Assembly (NCBI GenBank): GCA_938091905.1
Contig: CALKOM010000061.1
Location: forward strand, 1-54,554
Direction: 5' to 3'
Length of the DNA stretch: 54,554 nucleotides
Source: an uncultured Verrucomicrobiales bacterium
GTDB lineage: Bacteria > Verrucomicrobiota > Verrucomicrobiia > Verrucomicrobiales > DEV007
A program made the translations under genes and the position numbers. Under the pieces are notes generated by a model. The model had not been told where the DNA came from, made no database searches, and worked only from the letters and a program-made list of their open reading frames with translations. Shown here piece by piece: positions 39,335 through 49,421 of this stretch (positions are counted from its first letter, which is position 1; each line of letters begins with the position of its first letter).

Positions 39335-40516
39335 ATGAAGATTCTGGTAGTGAACGATCGAGGCGGGTTCTTCGGCGGTGTGGAACAGAATGTTGCCGAT
39401 TGTGCGGCAGGTCTTAGCGCCAATGGACACGAGGTCTTCCTCGCCTTCGGTAGCGAGAATGGAACGCGGCATGCCGCAGCTTACCGAGGTCTCTTTGGAG
39501 CGGCACGTCAGTGCTACGAGTTAGGTGGAGGTGAAGAGGCGACTACCTTTAAGAACATCGTTTTGGAGACCCAACCGGATTGTGTCTATCTGCACAAGGT
39601 TCCCGCCATCAAACCGTTTCTGGAGGCGTGCCGCGACGCTGGTATCCGTGCCGTGCGCATGATCCATGACCACGATCTTTGTTGCCCAACCGGCTACAAA
39701 TACTTTCGCCACAGCGGTAAATTATGTCATCACAAAGCTGGATGGCGTTGCTGGGCGGACCTTGGCTTCTTAGAGAAGACTCAAGATGGCCCCCTCCCAG
39801 TCCGTTACACTAGCATCCAGGCAAAGATTCGCGAAATGAATGCGAACTTTGAACTCGATGCGCTCGTTGTCGCTAGCACCTACATGAAAGAAGAGCTCCT
39901 TACCAATGGCTGCTCTGAAGATCGCGTGCATCTGCTAGCGCCGGTGGTGAAGTTATCTCTCGGCTGCGATCCGCTGCCAGTACCTTCCAAACCCCAAATC
40001 CTGTATGTCGGTCAACTCTTACGCGGCAAGGGAGTTGACCTTCTACTCGACGCGCTTAGCAAGGTGAGCGTCCCTTTTGACGCCAATATCATTGGAGCGG
40101 GAAATGCGGAGGTTGGGCTCAAATCCCAAGCGGAATCTCTGGGCCTGTCGGACCGTGTCCGGTTCCTTGGTTGGGCACCAAACGACGAGTTGGATGCGCA
40201 CTACAATGCAGCACGCGTCGTCGTCGTGCCATCACGCTGGCCCGAGCCGTTCGGCATGGTGGGGCTCGAAGCGATGATGCACGGGCGCCCAGTGGTAGCG
40301 TTCAATGTGGGTGGAATCCCAGATTGGTTAGACCACGAAGTCACCGGGCTTTTAGCTCCCGAGCAAGATTCTGTCGCATTCGCCGCTGCGCTAGATCGAA
40401 TGCTAACAGAACACGATACAGCCATCTCCATGGGTAAGGCGGCCTTTGATCGAGTGAGCAATGTCTTTGGATTCGGCCCCTACATGGAAAAGCTAGAATC
40501 CACCTTAGCAGGCTAA
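39335..40516 (+). CDS. Glycosyltransferase family 4
   Basis: HDHDLCCP, YVGQLLRGKG, PSRWPEPFGMVGLEAM. Confidence 0.9.
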   Translation: MKILVVNDRGGFFGGVEQNVADCAAGLSANGHEVFLAFGSENGTRHAAAYRGLFGAARQCYELGGGEEATTFKNIVLETQPDCVYLHKVPAIKPFLEACRDAGIRAVRMIHDHDLCCPTGYKYFRHSGKLCHHKAGWRCWADLGFLEKTQDGPLPVRYTSIQAKIREMNANFELDALVVASTYMKEELLTNGCSEDRVHLLAPVVKLSLGCDPLPVPSKPQILYVGQLLRGKGVDLLLDALSKVSVPFDANIIGAGNAEVGLKSQAESLGLSDRVRFLGWAPNDELDAHYNAARVVVVPSRWPEPFGMVGLEAMMHGRPVVAFNVGGIPDWLDHEVTGLLAPEQDSVAFAAALDRMLTEHDTAISMGKAAFDRVSNVFGFGPYMEKLESTLAG

Positions 40517-40621
40517 GGAAAGTTTCCTCATCGTCTATCGGTGACTCTAACTTCGACCAGCCGCCTCCGAGCCCGAGGTCGATACCTTGACTTTGGCCAA
40601 AGCGAATTGCACCATTTGTGC

Positions 40622-41109
40622 ATGGGAGAAATCACCGGAAAACATACAGTGTATGAGACGCCGTGGTTCCAGTTGGAGTCCAAGGAGGTCGATGACGATG
40701 ATTAGGCACCATTCTACGCCCTCAATCTCTCAGACTACGTCGGCGTCTTCGCCATCCACTCCGATGATCGTATCCTCCTCGTGAAGCAGTATCGTCCTGC
40801 GGTGGAAAGAGAAACTCTGGAGTTCGTCGCAGGCCACGTCGAGCACGGCGAGACTCCAAAAGAGGCGGCCATGCGCGAGCTCAGAGAGGAGACAGGCTAC
40901 CGAGCTGCCACATGGACCGCGCTTGGAAGTTCTTGGCTCAGGATCTTGAGCCACTGGACAACTACTCACCCGAAGAAGGGGTGGAACCTCTTTCCCTTTC
41001 ACCCAGCGCATTCTTGGAAGCGATCCAGAACGGACAGTTCGCTCCGAGCCTCCACTTGGGATTAGTCACGGCAGCCATGGCTCGGGGATTGTGGAAACTG
41101 CCCAACTGA
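40622..41109 (+). pseudogene. NUDIX (ADP-ribose pyrophosphatase-like) hydrolase, disrupted
   Basis: ATG 40622, in-frame TAG 40703, Nudix box GHVEHGETPKEAAMRELREETG, then a deletion/frameshift into FLAQDLE...PEEG. Confidence 0.8.
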
Positions 41110-41287
41110 GCCTCTAATATATTCATTCGTGAGCTTTGAAAATTCGAAATCCGTCATAAACATATTGACTCATTATTATTTCTAGAGAAATAATTCCCTA
41201 TGATCCGATGCGCGATGTCTACGGTGTTACCCAACCCTTAACGGGTGCACGACTGCGGATTTCCATCTGACTAACCAACAAGTACGA

Positions 41288-42331
41288 ATGAAAATTCTCA
41301 TCACTGGAGGCTGCGGCTTCATCGGTTCCCATGCTGCTTCGTATTTCCGCGACCAGGGGCATCAAGTAGTCGTACTCGATAACCTCAGCCGCTGCGGAAC
41401 AGAGGGAAACCTCGAGTGGCTCCGTCAAACGGGAGAGATCGAACACAGTCCCGCAGACATTCGCAACTGGGATCAGATCGACAAGGCTCTAAGCCAACAC
41501 ACCGATACGGAAGCAGTGCTCCACTTGGCTGCCCAGGTAGCTGTCACAACCAGCGTCACCGATCCCGTGAACGACTTTGAGATCAATGCCACCGGCACAT
41601 TTAATATGCTCGAAGGCGCTCGGAAGCACCTGCCGAATCTGAAAATGTTCGTCTACAGTTCGACGAACAAAGTCTACGGTGGCCTTGAGGACGGAGAACT
41701 CGAACTCAAGAATGATCGATGGGGTCTTTCTAATCGCCCTAACGGCATCTCAGAAACCGAACAGCTTGATTTCCACAGTCCTTATGGATGCTCCAAGGGT
41801 GCGGCTGATCAATATGTGAGGGATTACAGTCGAATTTATGATATTCCGACCGTGGTACTGCGACAGAGCTGCATCTACGGCACTCGCCAGTTTGGAGTGG
41901 AAGACCAAGGCTGGGTTGCTTGGATGACGATCGCAGCCATGACTCACCAACAGATTACCGTCTATGGTGACGGCAAACAGATCCGTGACCTTCTCTGGGT
42001 AGAGGACTTGGTGAAGCTCTACGAGCTATGCGTTGAGAATCCTGACAAAGCCAATGGCCAAGCATTCAACACCGGCGGCGGGCCTACCAATACATTAAGT
42101 CTCCTTGAGCTCTTAAATTTCCTCGCGGAACGCGAAGGTCGTGACCTCGGACTGAAGTTCGATGAAGAACGCCCTGGCGATCAGAAAGTGTTTGTTTCGA
42201 ATAATACCAAGCTGAAAGAGATCCTCGGATGGAAGCCGACCACCTCTGTTGACCAAGGATTGGAACAGCTGGCACAATGGATCTCCAACAACCGAGAGGT
42301 CATCGTATCCTTCAAAAAGAAGGCCGCATAA
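41288..42331 (+). CDS. NAD-dependent epimerase/dehydratase (CDP-paratose 2-epimerase-like)
   Basis: TGGCGFIG, AQVAVTTS, SSTNKVYG, SPYGCSK, QFGVEDQGWVAW, RPGDQ. Confidence 0.88.
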   Translation: MKILITGGCGFIGSHAASYFRDQGHQVVVLDNLSRCGTEGNLEWLRQTGEIEHSPADIRNWDQIDKALSQHTDTEAVLHLAAQVAVTTSVTDPVNDFEINATGTFNMLEGARKHLPNLKMFVYSSTNKVYGGLEDGELELKNDRWGLSNRPNGISETEQLDFHSPYGCSKGAADQYVRDYSRIYDIPTVVLRQSCIYGTRQFGVEDQGWVAWMTIAAMTHQQITVYGDGKQIRDLLWVEDLVKLYELCVENPDKANGQAFNTGGGPTNTLSLLELLNFLAEREGRDLGLKFDEERPGDQKVFVSNNTKLKEILGWKPTTSVDQGLEQLAQWISNNREVIVSFKKKAA

Positions 42332-42362
42332 CAAAGCAACGCTAACGTTAGCGACAATATCC

Positions 42363-42419
42363 GAGCGCGGAGTTCGGGACGCCGAGAAGTGACCTCTCTG
42401 TCTCGGCTCCGCGTTTCTC
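42363..42419. terminator. GC-rich hairpin between convergent genes (terminator/REP-like)
   Basis: cgcggag...ccgaga...tctcggctccgcg imperfect inverted repeat. Confidence 0.4.
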
Positions 42420-42469
42420 GTTACCGAGGAGGACGCAAACCTATTAGCCAATCGTGATACGTAGCGCCG

Positions 42470-43651
42470 CTACTTCGAGCGCACGACCTTCGCCGCTTCG
42501 TGCTCAATCACATCGAGCGTCAGCTTCCCAGCACGTTCCCATGTGAATTTAGAAGCGTTCTCGACACCACGTTTCCTATACTCAGCTCGCAGCGCGTCAT
42601 CCGAGATCAGCTTCCAAAGCTGCTCCGCCAATTGCTCAGGTTTCCCGGGCGTGAACTTTAAAGCAGCGTCTCCAGCGACCTCGGCGAAGATCTTAATATC
42701 CGAGACTACAATCGGAGCGCCACAGGCCATAGCCTCCACCACCGGAAGACCAAAGCCCTCGTAGAGACTCGGAGACACGGCAACGTCGGCAGCCTGGAAC
42801 ATCGCAGCGATATAATCTGGCGAGACCAAGCCAGGGAAGTGCATGGAATCTTTGTAAGGTGATTTATAAATCACGTCGTACAATGGCTCTGAACCAGGCC
42901 AGCGTTTCCCAGGACACAGAAGTTCATGGGGCACCTCGTGTTCTCGCTTGAGGATCTCGAAGGCTTTGACCAAGTCCATGTGATTCTTCGCAGGGTGCTC
43001 GATCCTTGCAGCATAGGCAATAAAGGGCGTGGAAATTCCGTTTGGCATCGCCGCTAGAGTTGCCGCCGCCTTCGAGGGATCCTCAGGTTTGAATAGCTTC
43101 TGATCGCAACCTAGCGGAGTCACCGTTATTTCGTCTTTTGGAATCCCATAGTATTCGACCATGTCGTCCCGGGTGTACTCGCTGATCGCAGTCAGGCCCT
43201 CAGCTTTCTTAATATAGCGAGGCAAGACATGATCAAGATAGAACTGCCGAGCAAAGCCGAACTTGCCCTTCAAGGTCTTGTTCCAAAGATCAGGAATACT
43301 AGCAATGACCGGAATTCCAGGAATCCGTGTGCCACGTCGATTGCCTGCAGTAATATAGAATGCATCAAGCTTGAGGGACTGCGCAAACTTCGGCAAATGA
43401 CGGAGGTGCCAATAGATGTTCTTGGAAGGAGACGCATATTTGTCAGGCACCTCGTGGAAATGCACGTTTGGTGTATCCTCATAGAGGCCTGCCACATAAG
43501 CATCAAAATCTTCCTGGAGCCCCACAAGATGGAACTCATGATGGGGAGCTTGGGCTACAAACTGAGCAAGAAAGTTTCGAATCTCCGAACTCAATCCAGA
43601 CTTTCCTGCGTCTGTGCCGCAAAGATCAAAACCAATTCGATAGCTGGTCAT
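42470..43651 (-). CDS. Glycosyltransferase family 4 (MtfB/WbdB-like)
   Basis: ISEYTRDD, PSLYEGFGLPVVEAMACG, FTWE. Confidence 0.9.
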   Translation of the reverse strand: MTSYRIGFDLCGTDAGKSGLSSEIRNFLAQFVAQAPHHEFHLVGLQEDFDAYVAGLYEDTPNVHFHEVPDKYASPSKNIYWHLRHLPKFAQSLKLDAFYITAGNRRGTRIPGIPVIASIPDLWNKTLKGKFGFARQFYLDHVLPRYIKKAEGLTAISEYTRDDMVEYYGIPKDEITVTPLGCDQKLFKPEDPSKAAATLAAMPNGISTPFIAYAARIEHPAKNHMDLVKAFEILKREHEVPHELLCPGKRWPGSEPLYDVIYKSPYKDSMHFPGLVSPDYIAAMFQAADVAVSPSLYEGFGLPVVEAMACGAPIVVSDIKIFAEVAGDAALKFTPGKPEQLAEQLWKLISDDALRAEYRKRGVENASKFTWERAGKLTLDVIEHEAAKVVRSK

Positions 43652-43816
43652 CGAATGCAGATTCCCATACCCGAATCCTCTTGCAAGCGTTCATTGCAAA
43701 TCCGCGGATGCGTCGTGTGTGAAGCGAAGAGGGATTCTCAATAATGCTCAAAGAGCCAGAGAATGCGCTTCAGATTAACAACAAACCAGGGAGAACCATT
43801 TGAACGAAGGTCAGCC

Positions 43817-44400
43817 ATGGTTGTCGAAACAAGCATGCGTTTCCTTGTCCTAACTACTATATCGCTCCAAATACTCAGTCTATTGATTCGAGCGGAACCA
43901 GAATCGCCACCGATCAGGTTCTACAACGGTGCTCAGAATCCCCAGAATCTTGAGTTTAAGGAGAACATGACTTTGCTACAAGCGATCGCGTTGGGTGGAA
44001 GCGAGACTGAGTCTTCAATCGAAAGGGTTGCCATCTTCCGTAAAGGACAGCGCACGACATTGGCGACCTTCGATCAAATCCGAGTAAGGATGTGAAACTC
44101 ACGGTCTGCGACAAGGTGGTCGTGTGCGATAACGAAGAAATAGAATGCGATGGAGAACGGGCAGTTGGAGTTTCTGTGCATGGCGAAGTCAAGATGCCAG
44201 CCCTAGTTCAGTTCGTGGATGGGATGACCCTTTTAGATGCTATCACGGCTGTCGGTGGCCTTACCAATTGGGCTAACAAGAACGTGATCTTGTTCCGCAA
44301 TAAGAAGCGGCAAACTCACGATCTGCGAAAACTGACACTATCTTCAGCCAAAGACGTGCTACTCCAGCCCAATGACAAGATCATTGTGACACATCGTTAG
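43817..44400 (+). pseudogene. Tandem SLBB-domain protein, frameshifted
   Basis: Two SLBB-like repeats (MTLLQAIALGG; GEVKMP...MTLLDAITAVGG...LQPNDKI) in different frames, with the shift near 44085 (KDVKLTVCDKVVV). Confidence 0.6.
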
Positions 44401-44409
44401 CACGATTAG

Positions 44410-45567
44410 CTAACGCGACTTCCGGGCCAGCAGTTGGATCACGAGCTGATTCAAAACGACTTTGTGATCAAGCCCAGTGGTGACGAGTCGCAGGTTAGCT
44501 TCCAGGCAGGCCTCCAAGCCGCGCCGCAATTCGTCGACACGGAAGTTCGAGGCCTCCATGGACGATAGGAAGATGGGATACGCATTGGGCGTGCCGTCTT
44601 TCTTCATCGGGAGATGAGCCACCTCCTCACGCGGCAAACGCGCCAGCTGACGATTGAAATCCTGATAGTTCCGAGACTGGATCCGAAAGCGTTGGATAAG
44701 ATCCTTCGCCTGCAGGAGTCGACGGACTTGTGGCACTATGGATCCCAAGAGAATGCCCACAGCAGATTCACCTCGGTAAAGCAGGTGGTCAATGAGATGG
44801 AGCACTCGGGTGAGCTGGCGCTTTGAGAGGGCATTCCCAATCTCGAAGATGACCCCACCACGACTGAGCGAGACCACGTGACGAATGTCTTCGGGAGTGA
44901 CATCACGTCGCTCACCGATGAAGAGATCGAGTTTCTCAAGCTCTTGATCTACTTGCTGGGTCTCCGCGCCTAACAACATCGCTAAAAGCTCGAGGCCTTG
45001 GCGCTGAAACCGCAAACCACGCTTACTTGCTTCCGCGCTGACATACTGCATGACTGCCTCTTCCCAACCGTCTCGGGAGGTGTCAGGCTTATCGAAGGTC
45101 CCGATGTTAGCCCGTTCATTCAGCCGTTTGTAGAACACTCGGCGTTTATCAACGGCACTGGCACTGAGAATGAAGGTGACTTCTTTCGGAAGGCCGTGAA
45201 CGAGTAAGTCGGTAATACCCTCGAGCGCCGACTGCGTCGTCTTGGAATTGCCCGTCACACTATCGCCTACGAAGTTGGCGTTCTTTAGCCAGACCACTTT
45301 GTTCCCTCCAAAGAAAGGCAAGGTTTGCAACGCCTCTAACGTTCTTCCGACAATCCGACTGGCGTCTTCGGAGTTCTCTGAGGTGCCATCGATGGTCTCG
45401 GCGCCGAACTCATCCAGCCCTTCACTTTGCTTGGTGAAGCAATCATGAGCGGCCTGACGCACGCGACCTTCATCGGTACCGACGAACACGAAGAGATTAT
45501 CTGCCTTCTTAGCTTTCTTGGCAGCGGCTTTCTTCTTGGCAACGCGTTTCTTCTTGGCAGGAGGCAT
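44410..45567 (-). CDS. holA: DNA polymerase III subunit delta
   Basis: LQTLPFFGGNKVVWLK, DKRRVFYK, ELEKLDLF, IFEIGNAL clamp-loader delta patterns. Confidence 0.85.
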   Translation of the reverse strand: MPPAKKKRVAKKKAAAKKAKKADNLFVFVGTDEGRVRQAAHDCFTKQSEGLDEFGAETIDGTSENSEDASRIVGRTLEALQTLPFFGGNKVVWLKNANFVGDSVTGNSKTTQSALEGITDLLVHGLPKEVTFILSASAVDKRRVFYKRLNERANIGTFDKPDTSRDGWEEAVMQYVSAEASKRGLRFQRQGLELLAMLLGAETQQVDQELEKLDLFIGERRDVTPEDIRHVVSLSRGGVIFEIGNALSKRQLTRVLHLIDHLLYRGESAVGILLGSIVPQVRRLLQAKDLIQRFRIQSRNYQDFNRQLARLPREEVAHLPMKKDGTPNAYPIFLSSMEASNFRVDELRRGLEACLEANLRLVTTGLDHKVVLNQLVIQLLARKSR

Positions 45568-45575
45568 CGTAATCG

Positions 45576-48242
45576 TCAGGGCGTCACAATCGCCCCCATC
45601 CGAATGAAGGCTGCACGGGATTCCGTCAAGGTCTCGATGAAACGAACCTGATAGAAGCCGTCCTCCAACTGACCGGTCAGCCCATCAATGGTTTCCCAGC
45701 CGTCCAGAGTGGCGGAGCGTTCATAGGTGATAGCAACGCCTGGAGGAAACTCATTCTCCAACGGGATCGAGACAATCACCGCACCGTCGACTACGTCCAC
45801 CATGAGTTGCTGTTCGGAAGAGGCTTCGAGTGGGTTGGAATTCAACGCGTATTCCAATGCATTGGCTAATCCATCCCCGTCTGGATCCTCTTCCGGCTCG
45901 CCAAGTCCGTCGAAATCTGCAGCCCAGGTGGCGTAGGAAGCTCCTTGGACGGAGCCATTGGCCGCGCCTGGGCTGGGCACCATGGTTCCAAAGGTACTGG
46001 TGTCGCGCGGATCGCCTCCCTCACCGTCACGGCCGATGGAGTCGGTATTGTTCGAGCCACCCTCGTTGATTTGAGCTTGGTCAGGCGTAAACGTTTCTAA
46101 CAAATCCACGGCATCATCGTCATTGGTTCCGTAGACAACAGCATCTACCAAATCGTCTTCGGTGGGAAACGAACCATTGGCGAAGTCCGAGCGGAAGCCT
46201 CGATAGAGAGCCACAGCATCAGCTCCATTCTGCAAACTAAAGTTGTTCACGGCTACGGTCACATTTGGAACCTCAGCATCGCCGATGACAAAGAAGCCTT
46301 CCACATTGGTACTACTGCCCGCGAGATCGAAAGCCGCGTAAGACTCACTGTTAGACCCGTTAAAGAGGACGAGCACAAAGCCGTCCAATTCCAGATTGCC
46401 CACGCCACCGTCATACAGCTCGACAAACTCGCCACGCTCTCCGCCATCTGGATGGGTAGGCTGGTCAGCATCCAGCTCGTTGATCACAATCATGGCTGGA
46501 GCATCACCATCATCTAACACTTGAATCATTGTCGTGCCATTGAGGAAATCGGGTGCCGAAGCCGTTATCGTCACAACAATGTCGCCATCTTGGGAAGGAT
46601 CATTGACCGCAGCAATCGGGACGGTGATCGACTCAGCGCCTGCTGGAACCTCAACGGTCGCAGGTAGACTGATTTCTGAAGGATCACTATTGGCAAGGTT
46701 GACGGTGAGAGCGTCATCTGTCGAGCCTGTGCGCGTCAGTGTCAGGGTTGACGCCCCTTCGCCTGCATCTTCCGCGATCATGTTGGGCTCTACACTAGCA
46801 CCTAGTCCTAATGTCAGAGCGCAAAAAGGCTCTGCTTGAATCGAGAAACCCGGCGTGTAACTAAAGAGAGCCGGGCTATTCACTACGTCAAAATGAAAAA
46901 CAAAGTCACCCGTAAGATCAGGCTCCCGGACCCGTGACCCAAGATCACCATTCGTGGCGTCATAGCGTAAGCCTGATATCTCCACGCCCTCGGGAGTGAG
47001 CAGACGAATGAAATCACCGGAGTTGTTGAGGCCCAATCCAAACTCGTTCGACTCATTGGCTAGTTGCACGGTGGCGCCACCGAACATCGGGTTGTTTCCC
47101 TCGATGACATTGCCACCACCAAAGACGACCAACGCGCAGCCAGGCCCTATCACCGTCCCCGCCGGGAAACGATGCCGCGTCGCGACCGCATCATTCAGCA
47201 TGTGGTCCGAGAGATCGACCGCAATTTTGCTAACATTGACAAACTCAACAAACTCGTCCTTGCCATCGCGAGCGACTTCGCCATCTCCGTTGGCGTCATC
47301 CTGGTCGTCCGGATAGAACTCGTTCACGATAATACCCACGGGGTCTGAAGGATCATCGGCGATTTCAATGTCGACGCTCGTTTCTATGAAACCGGGCGAG
47401 GTCGCGCTCAAAGTCAAGATTTGCGGACCATCCGCCCAGGCATCATCCACCGCTGTTAAAAAAAAGGTGGTCGACTCGGCACCTTCAGGGATCGTCACTT
47501 CAGCTGGGACTTGAGCTTCGGTGAAATCGATTAACGTCAGGGTGACTGTAGCAGCCGCGTCTGTTGACCCCGTTCGGGAGACCGTCACTTGCAAAGCCTC
47601 CGCACCGGCACTCTCAAGGACGGAAGGCCCAGACAACCTAAGTGTGAGCGCCTCCGTAATGACATTGGCAATGCCTGGTGTCGGTGCCTGCAGTGCATAA
47701 GCTGAACTGGCAAAGGCGTCACCGCCGTCGGGTAGACGGCTCATCGACTCCTCTCGAGTGTCGTCGAGTTGGAGTTCACCCGGCGTGAGCCCATCAAGCA
47801 ACTCAAAGTCGTCGCTGTCATTGCTGCCGTAGACCATGGCATCAATGAGCCCCTCGGTCGTGATCGGCGTGTCGTTTGGGAAATCATCCGGGCTCGCCTG
47901 GAAGAGTGTCACGGCGTCGGGCCCGTTCTGGAACACACCATTAGCTCCTGGCGCAATCTCAATACTGACATTCGGAACACCGGGATTGCCCGCGACAAAG
48001 AAGCCTTGAGCGTTTGTCGCCTGGCCGGCTAGATCGATCACTCGATAAGACGCATCATCACTCCCATTATAGAGTACGATGACAAAGCCATCGAGAGAGG
48101 TGCGCCCAGAACCGCCATCATAGAGCTCGATGAATTCGGCTGTGTCCGAACCCGCCTGATCCGCATCAACCTCATTGATGACGAGTTGAGCCTGGAGGGA
48201 AGAACCGAAGACTAGAAAGGTGACAAAAAGAGTGCGCAGCAT
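45576..48242 (-). CDS. Secreted lamin-tail-domain / Calx-beta-like repeat protein
   Basis: Signal peptide; three INE.....D...EF(I/V)E modules; two TRTGSTD..LTV Ig-like repeats; DPDGDGLANALEYALNSNP; YERSATLDGW...FIRM. Confidence 0.83.
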   Translation of the reverse strand: MLRTLFVTFLVFGSSLQAQLVINEVDADQAGSDTAEFIELYDGGSGRTSLDGFVIVLYNGSDDASYRVIDLAGQATNAQGFFVAGNPGVPNVSIEIAPGANGVFQNGPDAVTLFQASPDDFPNDTPITTEGLIDAMVYGSNDSDDFELLDGLTPGELQLDDTREESMSRLPDGGDAFASSAYALQAPTPGIANVITEALTLRLSGPSVLESAGAEALQVTVSRTGSTDAAATVTLTLIDFTEAQVPAEVTIPEGAESTTFFLTAVDDAWADGPQILTLSATSPGFIETSVDIEIADDPSDPVGIIVNEFYPDDQDDANGDGEVARDGKDEFVEFVNVSKIAVDLSDHMLNDAVATRHRFPAGTVIGPGCALVVFGGGNVIEGNNPMFGGATVQLANESNEFGLGLNNSGDFIRLLTPEGVEISGLRYDATNGDLGSRVREPDLTGDFVFHFDVVNSPALFSYTPGFSIQAEPFCALTLGLGASVEPNMIAEDAGEGASTLTLTRTGSTDDALTVNLANSDPSEISLPATVEVPAGAESITVPIAAVNDPSQDGDIVVTITASAPDFLNGTTMIQVLDDGDAPAMIVINELDADQPTHPDGGERGEFVELYDGGVGNLELDGFVLVLFNGSNSESYAAFDLAGSSTNVEGFFVIGDAEVPNVTVAVNNFSLQNGADAVALYRGFRSDFANGSFPTEDDLVDAVVYGTNDDDAVDLLETFTPDQAQINEGGSNNTDSIGRDGEGGDPRDTSTFGTMVPSPGAANGSVQGASYATWAADFDGLGEPEEDPDGDGLANALEYALNSNPLEASSEQQLMVDVVDGAVIVSIPLENEFPPGVAITYERSATLDGWETIDGLTGQLEDGFYQVRFIETLTESRAAFIRMGAIVTP

Positions 48243-48298
48243 TCACATGGTAGGCTAAGTTTCCTCACCCTAACCGGTTCCCTAGGAAAGTGCACGCA

Positions 48299-49063
48299 TC
48301 ATTCACCAATCGTGGCGCTCTTGCCGCCCGAGTAAAGGGCGCCCAGCCTCAACGGCATATGGGTTACGGGGAAATGATCAATCCGCTTGCTCAGCTCCTT
48401 GGAGCGATCCAAACGCTTCTCAAGCAGCCAAACCAGGCCCCCAGCGGCGATCATCAGGAGGACAAACAGCCCAAGTAGGATGACCATCGGCTTCGTGAAC
48501 GTCCTGCGTTCGGGGAGCGTCATTCGTTCGATTAGAACCGGATCGCGGACGAGAGCATTGACACTGCGACGAATCATGACCGAGGGCACGGGTTTCGCCT
48601 CTGCCTCAGCTTGCTCAGCCAAGTATTTGCGAGCGGTCTCAGCGGCCCTTTGGAAAGCGCCCGCTAGCTGCTGCTTATCAACGAAGTTCTCAAAGTCCCG
48701 GCTCCCAACGAACGAAATCTGGCCGAGGGTTTCATCATAGACCAAGACAAGAGCGAACGGATTGCGTGCCCATCTATTGCGGAGGCGAGCACCCCTTTCA
48801 GCCATATTCTCACCTTTCACAAGCTGGTAGGTGACCACATAGACTTCGAGCAAGTGATTCTCCAATGCATGACGTAGCTCAACGGCCAAAGACACTTCCT
48901 CCTCAGAGGTGAAAAGATCTGCCTCATCATAAATCCCCGAGGTCGGCCTGGAGGGCAGCTCTTCGAGTGCAAAACAAGGGCAAAGAATGTTAATTAATAT
49001 GAATAATCTTGATATCTTTGAATTGATTCCCCTATTTAAAATTTTATTATAAGAATGAGGCAT
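48299..49063 (-). CDS. TPM-domain-like membrane protein
   Basis: PSRPTSGIYDEADLFT..EE, VYVVT; C-terminal TM; RLGALYSGG. Confidence 0.7.
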   Translation of the reverse strand: MPHSYNKILNRGINSKISRLFILINILCPCFALEELPSRPTSGIYDEADLFTSEEEVSLAVELRHALENHLLEVYVVTYQLVKGENMAERGARLRNRWARNPFALVLVYDETLGQISFVGSRDFENFVDKQQLAGAFQRAAETARKYLAEQAEAEAKPVPSVMIRRSVNALVRDPVLIERMTLPERRTFTKPMVILLGLFVLLMIAAGGLVWLLEKRLDRSKELSKRIDHFPVTHMPLRLGALYSGGKSATIGE

Positions 49064-49421
49064 GTTAATGCAATTCGCCCCAGTTAGCTGAGGTCTTCAT
49101 AATAGTTAATTTGACCGTTATCTTTGTGAACATTCGACTGAATGTCGTTATCTGCCTCTATGCAACGGCGTCGATTTAGGCGTAGGCTTGAGAAATATGA
49201 TGAAAATCGAGCTGTATGGTTCTCAAATTCGCGAAACCTTCGCATAATAAGATGACTCCGTGTCAAATTACCGCATTAACTATGATACGCCCGCTGTCTT
49301 AAACACGGATACAATTGTTTTTGATAACCGGGCTTGCTATTATTACCGATTCTGCCATCACTACTGATAAATTTCACAATTGCGATTATTCGCTGCAACG
49401 AAAACCAAATATTTACAGATT
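49064..49421. promoter_or_regulatory. AT-rich divergent promoter region
   Basis: Markedly AT-rich relative to the flanks; lies between divergent TPM and HTH-REC genes. Confidence 0.5.

Noticed and set aside
822..40705. Stop-codon reassignment or programmed readthrough explaining the in-frame stops
   Set aside because: All three stop codons occur as interruptions, all three also end intact genes, and most affected genes also carry frameshifts or deletions.
822..44400. Long-read sequencing error as the cause of the broken genes
   Set aside because: Lesions include substitutions and multi-codon deletions and are confined to accessory genes, while multi-kb genes are clean. Not fully excluded without reads.
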